From: Octopus bimaculoides
Taxonomy: Eukaryota
NCBI RefSeq assembly: GCF_001194135.2
Contig: NC_068982.1
Span: 24,340,314-24,387,871, forward strand
Length of the DNA: 47,558 nt
Reading direction: 5' to 3'
Shown here: positions 39,260 to 47,558 of the stretch, piece by piece
How positions within the stretch are numbered: position 1 is the stretch's first letter
Layout of the letters: every line of letters starts with the position of its first letter
Notes under the pieces: model-generated
The model's input: only the letters and a program-made list of their open reading frames with translations
Databases searched by the model: none
What the model was told of the DNA's origin: nothing
Position numbers and translations under genes: made by a program

Positions 39260-39960
39260 AATAAAGACCAACATACTAGGAAGACTAATGATCTTGGACA
39301 ATTATCAATCTGCTGATGGACTTCTGCAAAAAGATATAAGGGAGATATGACGATATAGACAAAAGCAGAAACTAGTGACATTAGGAAGCAGCAAACAGAA
39401 ATAACTTCAGGACACTGTATCGCATAATGAGAGATTTCAATATTTCCAGATGCAATACAATGTGACGGTGAAAGGTGAAAATGGGAAGATTTTGCTGGCA
39501 GAAGGACAGCATATATTCCGGGGTCGAAAAATTCTAGGAGACACTGAATCACCCTGAACAAAGTGATACACGCTCAGCAAATGACCAAACGGCAGAACAG
39601 CTTGAAGTTACAAATCCACTCATGCTTTAAAAAGCATGAAAACCAATGAATCTTTAGCGCTAGATAAGATCTCAGTTGTGTTACTGTAGAATGATGGTAA
39701 CAGTATGGTGCAAGTGCTAATAAACGGTGTAATATCATTTGTGAAAACAGCAGTGCCAGGTATGAAGGCACAGGGTGTTGTAGTTAAGTTACTAACGACA
39801 GATAATTTCAAAGATTGCAGCAACTGGAGGTGCAGCACCTAACTATCTGTCGAAGGTAAGGTGTTCTGCCTAGTTGTGTAGCAAAGTATAAAAGAAGTAC
39901 TGTATAAGATATTTAGTGAAGAGTTTAGGAAGATCATGGCCCAAACATATCTTTGTACTG
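39260..39960 (+). mobile_element. RTE-clade LINE fragment (pre-RT and RT N-terminus)
   Basis: Decayed motifs ETLNHPE, HALKSMKTN..DKISVVLL, VVVKLLTTDNFKDCSNWR..LSVEGKVF. These correspond to the RTE motif DC.NWRGITLLS.PGKVF. Confidence 0.7.
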
Positions 39961-41149
39961 CAAAACAGCGGGATGATTGTTAGAATAATGTCCACTCGTA
40001 TAGAAGTGGTACTCTATATAGGCATAGAATTTGAACACTTACGTCAGTTATTAAAATAAGAGATTCTTCTTACTTTTGAATTCCTTTCTGTACACTTGAG
40101 GTGTATATAAGTACTTGTAATGCATAATGGTCGAATAAAGCGAAAAGATATTATATGCAAAAAAGATCAAGGCGTTAAAACTTATTTGGACCATACCGGA
40201 TGTCTGTCTTTATGTAAGATCTGAGCATTGAGGAAAGAGTCTTGGCCTGACCTCTTTACAAAATGGGGTGGAACTAGGAATAATTGTGGAGGGTAGACGA
40301 CCTCGATATCACATCTGTGGAAAACTGCGCATCTCAAAACTTTCTGCCACAACAGCAAAACAGGTTAAAGAAAGGGTGTGTTCGATGCTGGCAAAACAAT
40401 GGCTGGGGCAAGAATCAATCTCTACAACAACAAAAAACAGTAGCGTCAACAGCAGAGGGGGAAGAAAACGTTACAATAACAACAGGTAGAGCAAAATTAG
40501 AAATATCAGCAACAACTGTATAAGTAATAACACCTATAACCGTAGCAAAATATGTTTTAATCGCAACAGCTGTAGATCCCCTCCCCTCCAAGCAATATGA
40601 ACATCAGCTTTATCTATAGTGCTCATTGAGGTGTCAGAAAAAAATCATTTTAACAAAATAACATTCCAGCACGGCAGTCTCTCACCAAGTGAGTGTGTTT
40701 TTCTTTTCCTAATTGCAGTAACACAGCCATTGACATACAAGAATCCCTTATCCGCATTGTAGTGTTCCTAAATGAACAAGGAACGAGGACTTTAAAAATC
40801 GAAAACAAAGCTTTATCAACTACCTGTCGGTTACTAAATAACATTAAATGTCCATCACCACCATCCCCACATCTAATAACAGCAACTAAGCGAAAACACA
40901 AGAATGAAACATTATGCAGAACGAAATCGAATAAACGCTTAAACTACAGCCACAACAATGAATGTAAATAACATCTAACTTTTTATAACAATAAGGATGT
41001 AGGACTGCTACCTCACAAAGCGCAAATTAGAGACATATGAGGTTTCAACAATATGAGTGAAAAGTGAGAGAGCTTCCCACTCTGTGATCCCGCGTATATA
41101 CTCGGGATCACAGAGTTACGACTTCAAACAAAGTACTTCAAGAATTCTT

Positions 41150-43080
41150 CATCAAACCCACACAGAGATGGGATTATTGTACCGCATTGAAAAACAAAGA
41201 AGGTAATTGGTCATCATTTCTTCTCCCATTCTTTCTAAATTCATAAGTGAGTTACTTAAACGCAACTGGTCTGAGGTGACCCTGGGATGAGAGGTATTTG
41301 CTCAATAACTTCAGGTTATTACCTATGGATGAAATAGCCATAAGTGAAATCGGTAATTTCGACACTCATGCTCTAGAGTACAAGTTTGGTAACAATTAGA
41401 TGTACGCTTCTCTGAGCAGACATAGTATATGGTATGGCAGTGTTGTTCTGGGAAGGTTTGGGTTAGAGATACAGTTGAATCGCATGGAAAGTTGTTAGTT
41501 CTTGACACGAACAATAGTCGAAGTGATATCTACAGATTAGTATCAACGTACCGAGATTTGTGAGATAACCAGAATTCTTTAAGTGTCTCAATAAATGTCT
41601 TTGAAACGCCTGACTCATTACACTTAGCATTTGGCTGGAACGCCATCTTGGATACAGCTTTGAATTCTGTGTATTTACCTGACTTGAGAATGCGATGCAA
41701 TATAGCAAATACCACAGATATAGCAAATAAACAACTCATCCCTTCCCCTCTGTTGCTTTTACAGCATAATTTTCCTCTATCTAGTATTATTTTTTGCTTT
41801 TTTCCAAACGCAGGAAGACATATTCTCTGTAAACTTACATTTGATAAATTAACACATAAATATAGAAGGATATTAAACGAAAAAATATATTTATTTGTGT
41901 CGAGACTTTTAAGCATCAAATACAACAGATAATGATAATGCGACCAAATACAATGCATAATGATAATGGTTTTCTATTATTTCGCTATCATTTAACAGTT
42001 TAACGTTACGATAATTTTTTCGTCGGTTTGAGAGCAATTCCTTCAAACAGTGATCATGAACATCGTCTGTCCACTGTGTTGTGCTCTGCAAGTCGGGAGT
42101 CTACGGTATTGTTTTAATAACCTTCTCTTTATCAACTTGCATATCATTTTAGATTGCAATCACTTTTTCGCCGTTTTAAATTCTCCAAACAATTGTATCC
42201 CTTTTCCTGTAGCTAAATTGTTTTCGAGGAAATGTTATGTTTATGTCACATCTATTTCATACAGAATATGTTATTTACCCTCAGTGGATTTATTCACTGT
42301 CATTGCAGTTAATTCTCCCAAAAGTCATACCTTTTCCCTTTATTTAATTTCTCTTCTACTACAATGTTAGCTCTTTATATGCTCCTACAAATTTCTATTG
42401 ATATTTTCTATATAAATCATTAAGGTTCATTATCTCCAATTCCATTGTTTTCTATCCTTTTAGCTCTTATCCATTTTAGCTCTTATCTGACAAATGTTAA
42501 TGTTACCTTATTCATTGCAGAAAAACGTATCACATTTCAAATTTCTGTTTTATTTTGTTCTTGTTATATTGTTGATGATATTGATATCCCTGTTAATATC
42601 ATATCTAATCTCAATCAGTCTGCCTTATGCAATATTTTTGAAAGACGTGTAACAACCAAAACCATTCATTTACCGCTTTCAACTATTTGTAACATTATTA
42701 TTGATAATTTTAATTTATTCTTTACCACTATCCGTAAGTATGTATTTTCCCTGTAATAATTTAAGCTCTTCTTCAGTACTTTTTCTTCCGTTGATCATGA
42801 CTTACGTGTTCTAACCACCATTAGCATTTACTTACACCATATTTAAATCACTTCCCATCTTATTTTTTGAAGGTTTGATTTAGTGGCTAGACCGTTTTCA
42901 TTCAGTGACCTAGTTTTCTCACAATAATTTCGTACAGTTCTGTCATCTAGAATACATTTTCTTCATTCATACACTCAATGCAATCTCTGCTAATAACTTC
43001 TCACTATACTCCACAGTAACATGTCATAACCATCACATGAATCGCCTTCTATTTCTTGAATGCATATTTTGACTGGAATG
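41150..43080 (-). mobile_element. Very old L1/Tx1-like LINE relic (tentative)
   Basis: Collinear weak motifs: RLDMIL (EN end), STTQWTDD..LLSNRRKNY (compare RS.AQW.E.GEK..KYF..LEKRNY), and RNYR-ISLM across a 2-nt deletion (compare NYRPISLL). Confidence 0.4.
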
Positions 43081-43605
43081 CAAGGAGAGGTAAAGAAATA
43101 TATTGACACTCCAATCTAAGACACTAAGGGGAGGCATTTCCATTCGAAATTACAGTTTATATCGCGCTTTCAGTTTTGTTCATTATAATTGAACTTGTTC
43201 TGCATTATATTAGTGAGACGTGCTTCAATTCGTGTTGCAAGAGAAAACGTCACCGTATAGAATATGAAAATTCCTGACCATGAGGTAAGCCTAAACGGAA
43301 GTTAAATACACGCAAGTGCAAACAGCGTGTTGCTGCCGTGTTGATGAATAATAGCAAAACAACAACAGATAGAACTTTGAGACAGAGGGAAACGAAAAGG
43401 AGTTGAAACAGCAACATTATTACTAAGAGAGGGGCCTCGAGGGAAGAATGTTACAATACAAAAACATTCCAATAAAAGTACTATACTTACGGACCATTAT
43501 TGTTCCTGCTGATGTTGTTGTTATTATTGTTATTGCTATTATTATCATTATGATTATTATTAGTAGTAGTATTAGTATTATTATTGTTATTATTATTATC
43601 ATATA

Positions 43606-43788
43606 GGCAGAATCGTTAGCAAACTGGACGAAATACTTAGCAGTATTTCGGTCACACTACACTACGTTCTGAATTCAAATTCCGCCGAGATCGACTTTAC
43701 ATTCCTCCTTTCAGCGTCGAGAAATTAAGTACCAGTGAACGACTAGTCCCCTCCCCAATATTTCTGGCTTTGTGCTTGTAGTAAAAAA

Positions 43789-43789
<1 letters not shown>
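43606..43789 (+). mobile_element. SINE family B with (TTA)n/(TTG)n tail to 43878
   Basis: GGCAGAATCGTTAGC..TTCAAATTCCGCCGAGATCGACTTT..AAATTAAGTACCAGT is homologous to 3711-3915. Confidence 0.8.
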
Positions 43790-43836
<47 letters not shown>

Positions 43837-43934
43837 GTTGTTGCTGTTGTTGTTGTTGTCGTTGTTGTTATTGTTGTTGTCTGGCTTTGGTTCGGTCTTA
43901 CTCCTGGTAGGAATTATGTGGGTAGATGTTACGT

Positions 43935-44097
43935 GGAATTTCTTCCGGCTCTTTACGTACTAAAGTCAAGTGCTACTGAGGTCGGCTTTGTCTTTCGGGA
44001 GCCGATTAAATAAGCACGAGTGGAGCACTGAGGTCGATGTTATCGACTTCCCTTCCCACTTAAAATTGCTGTTCATGTGCCAAAACTAGAAAGAATT
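43935..44097 (+). mobile_element. Decayed SINE, family B-related
   Basis: GAGGTCGGCTTTGTCTTTC..AAATAAGCAC..GTCGATGTTATCGACT..GTGCCAAAACTAGAAAG. Confidence 0.55.
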
Positions 44098-44880
44098 ACG
44101 ATTGCTATCGCTGCGGTAATAGGTACTTTTATGGTAGTCATTACGACTGCTGTTTTTGTTATTTTCCATTCTTGTTATTTTAAACTGATGACAGTCTTAT
44201 TACCCTCACAGAAATGCATGTTATTTTAATCGAAAGCAGGTTTTAAGAAATAAATATTTCAATTGAACGTCTAATTTTAATTTTTAAGCTATCGTTCGGG
44301 AGAAACGAAAGAACAATTAATTTGCAAAGTCAACAAGTCGAAATCGATTATTCATTTGCTGAATTATTTACACATATGATTAAAACCGCTGCACGTTGAT
44401 CGATGATTTGATTAAATTAAGTCACACTATGTGAGGGCACATGTGAGGGTAATTATCCTGGTTTGATGTCAGATACCGAAGACGTACAGAGATGAGAAAT
44501 GATAAACAGAGAAAATTTAAACGTATTTCACACTGAATTAGACACTAAATATACGATGCCTTTATTCAACAAGAAAAGCAAAAATACGAAAACGAAACAT
44601 TTAAAAATCATCTTACGTGCGTTTATTTTCAATCTTTTCTAATATATTCTTCATGTACTCAATAACCATTTTCTTAAAAATTAGGTGGTAAATGCCTATA
44701 CTGAAGTTTAAGTTCCTCTACCATAAACAAGATCTGCTTAGAATAAGAAGATAACAATGGATAAAGTGTAAGTAGTACTCCATTGCTTTAGTGCAAATAC
44801 GTAATGATATAATAATCTGAGATTTATCACAATGTACTACCGAATTTTCTTTGCTATCAGTAAAATAAATAAATACAAAA

Positions 44881-45330
44881 TCTATATATATGGAATTCAC
44901 TGCCTGTGCATGTGTATGTGTGTGTCTTCTCTATTTACGGGCAAGCCGCTGGATCAATCTGTACCAAATTTGGCACGAAGGCTTTTCATTACTCGGGAAA
45001 GGTTCTCGGAGATCAAATTTTGACCCTTGCCCATATAGTGCGCTGTCGACCTCCACCCTTTTACGACTCTTCTGATTTTTAAAACATTTTTGCTGCGGAT
45101 TACTAGGTTTCCGATGACAGAAATGCCGTATATGTAAAAAAGCAAGCTTTCAACATTTTAATTACCCCCATCCTCAAATTTTAACTCTTAAACATTTTTT
45201 TCAATTTTGATTTTGAAACTACGTGGAAAAATACGGAGATTAAAAATATTGAAAAAAAAAATTAATTTCAAATTTTCTATGAAGAATTCCAAAATTGAAC
45301 CACACATACTCACCACCTAATCCCGTTGTC
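44881..45330 (+). mobile_element. Helitron-like 5' end (non-coding)
   Basis: A|TCTATATATAT start, short TG microsatellite, then ATCAATCTGTACCAAATTTGGCAC. This layout is typical of non-autonomous Helitron 5' ends. The 3' boundary is unclear. Confidence 0.45.
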
Positions 45331-45909
45331 CAAAACTGAAAATGAACTGCTAACAATAACAGCGAAATGTCTGGAAAATTTCTGTGTTTGTGTGTGCCCG
45401 CGTAAAACAATTTCTACAGCTTATGCGAATAAACAGAGAAAGTAAACAGAAATATGTTTTCAATACGTGTCGTATACGTTGGTTTTGTGACTGGATAAAA
45501 AATTGGTAAATATTTACCAGAACACTATATTTGTTAAATACTAACCTTAACTGTAACCCTAATCCATAAATTTGTTTGCGCTAGGCCCTTGCAACCCTTG
45601 CGGTAGCAGAGGACCTCCGAGAAGAACTAGAATTACTGAAATGTGGAACTTAAAATTTGATGTTACATGCAGCTCATGTAATTTTCAGAGAAAATAGAAA
45701 CGGTAAGGTTTCCAAATAACGAAAGGTCGTCATACAGACGCACACCCGGTGAAAACTCTTATTACATTAATATAATTTATTCATTCATTCGGTCCTTTCG
45801 GTACTATACACAGTAGGATATCTTTCAATTAATATGATAAAATTTATAAATTTTAAAGTTCGATAATCCCGTGGCATATGTTAGGGATATCGACATGAGT
45901 TATTCAAAT

Positions 45910-46275
45910 AATTGTTTGTGGATTCGACGTAATAAAATTAGCTAGAGTACACTCGATATTTCATATTTAAATCCGCTGTGACTATTTCTACCTGAATAGG
46001 GATTAGAAAATGTTATATCTTGATAAACGTTTTGAATATTTTCGGAACAACTCGCCTTATTAACACTTGGCATTTCACATTTATATCCGATGTGAGTATT
46101 TATTCTTGGATATACATTAAAAATATTATATGCTGATAACTTATATTACCTATTTTTTAATATTCTTGGAGCAACTCGATGAATGAACACTGGATGTTTC
46201 TATTTTAAATGAGATGTGAGTAATTATACTTGCATAGAGATTTAAAATACTGTATGCTGATAACTAACATCACAT
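45910..46275. repeat. Diverged ~115-124-bp tandem repeat, about three copies
   Basis: The anchor G(C/A)TGTGA(C/G)TA recurs at 45975, 46089 and 46213. Copies 2 and 3 also share AACTCG, AACACT and ATGCTGATAACT. Confidence 0.7.
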
Positions 46276-46329
46276 ACTAACCGGAAAAGTCGTGCGAGAA
46301 ACTTGATGTCCACAATAAGTAGATTGTAG

Positions 46330-46790
46330 CGTAATGTCCCCTTCTGTCAATGATCTTCAAAGCACACATCAATGTTCAATTTTGAAACTCAGCGAAATCC
46401 ATCAAGCATGTATGCAAATACGTGAACAAGTGGTCAAACATGGCTGTTTTTGGCCTTCAAGAGGTAAAGAACAATGATAAGGTGACATGCTACCAGATGG
46501 CACGCTACATTATCGGCAACGAAGCAGCTTGGAGACTGTTTAACTTTCCGCTGCATGAACGGCATCCAACTGTAATCCATCTAGCTAGCACATCTAGAGA
46601 ATGGCTAGTGAATCTACTTTAATCCAGACAATTTACAACGTACCCAGCAGCAAATTGTAGCTCTGCGTTCAACAACGTTGACTGCTTTTTTGAGGTTTGT
46701 AGCATAGATCTATTTGCTTCCGCTTTTTTCCAGCAAGAAGTTTCTCAATTTTACACATAGCAACACACCACTAAACAGTGGAAGAGACAT
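46330..46790 (+). mobile_element. Second Helitron Rep-domain fragment
   Basis: PLLSMIFKAHINVQF..SIKHVCKYVNK..YQMARYIIGNEAAWRLFNFPLHERHPTVIHL..TTLTAFF. Confidence 0.85.
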
Positions 46791-46867
46791 TTAAGAGATG
46801 AGGAATTATGTACATTATTTATATTATTTACATTTGACGGATATTTGTCCTCATCTTGTTTGTTGTT

Positions 46868-46913
46868 AACACAACATTTCCGCTGATATGCCCTTCAGCT
46901 TTCATCAGATATT
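46868..46913 (-). ncRNA. Minimal type I hammerhead-like motif (aged copy) within a ~170-bp repeat (46788-46960)
   Basis: The minus strand reads AATAT CTGATGA AA GCTGA-AGGGCATA-TCAGC G GAAA TG T T GTGTT. Stem I pairs with two G-U wobbles. Confidence 0.6.
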
Positions 46914-47026
46914 TGGGGGAGATTTCGAACCTGGGTTCTCATTCCTAAGGTATTTTTCGATGTTGTTGTTATTTTTATTATTATTATTACAATAATACAA
47001 CTACTACTGCAGCAGAAGCAGCAACG

Positions 47027-47069
47027 GTAGCAGTAGTAGTAGTAGCAGTAGTAGTAGTAGTAGTAGTAA

Positions 47070-47139
<70 letters not shown>
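47027..47139. repeat. (AGT)n microsatellite
   Basis: Direct reading. Confidence 0.95.
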
Positions 47140-47149
47140 TTGTAGTCTT

Positions 47150-47460
47150 GCTGGTTATGTCTGGGAGATTCTCTTTCCCTGGAAGATCTCCTGTGTTCAA
47201 CCATTCATACACTGCATCCAGTAGATTATGCCTCCATGATCAAGTTGAGGCCCATTGTTATCCCTGTCTAATATATAGAGCACGAGGGCTTTTGTGATAT
47301 CATCAATTTCCGTATCGCAGCATAAATCACATATAAGATCTCCTTAAGCACTTGATTGTACCGCCACGTTTAGCGGTCCTTCAGTTTTTCTGAAAATAAC
47401 ACGAAATGATGGACCTCGATCAACGCCTTCGTGATACCCTTAGAATCAGGAACTTTTCAC
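47150..47460 (-). mobile_element. HERO/NeSL-like RLE LINE C-terminal fragment
   Basis: DR*TWRYNQVLKEI (compare GRYTWRHNQVL), then LLDAVYEW..DLPGKENLPDITSKT, ending just before the expected RPD motif. Confidence 0.55.
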
Positions 47461-47499
47461 CATCCGCTTGTGCAGCTATTATTTTTATCTGACTGTCTC

Positions 47500-47558
<59 letters not shown>
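47500..47558. repeat. (ATCT)n microsatellite running to the window end
   Basis: Direct reading. Confidence 0.95.

Noticed and set aside
44186-44222. CTGATGA...GAAATGCATG, HHR-like
   Set aside because: Stem II does not pair, position 17 would be G, and there is no stem I.

Overview
Eukaryotic, AT-rich, repeat-dense genomic DNA with seven assembly gaps (2386-3209, 11874-11985, 15388-15733, 18525-18750, 19849-19950, 25320-25362, 30663-30685). The abundant microsatellites and the tRNA-derived SINE families resemble those I recall from octopus genomes; this is an inference, not a database result. I found no intact host gene. Most of the supplied ORFs are microsatellite or gap artefacts, or fragments of decayed transposons. 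The window holds decayed mobile elements: two Ty3/Gypsy LTR elements, two Penelope-like (PLE) fragments, Dong/R4-, HERO/NeSL-, RTE- and L1/Tx1-like LINE fragments, two Helitron Rep fragments, Tc1/mariner remnants, an end-intact piggyBac-type MITE, a mariner MITE and several SINEs. The most notable signal is absent from the ORF track: at least six hammerhead-ribozyme (HHR)-like motifs in several sequence contexts. These include a near-complete type I HHR in a highly structured ~220-nt element (19631-19848) and a divergent inverted pair of long-stem-II HHRs (18009-18245). Coordinates of decayed elements are approximate.
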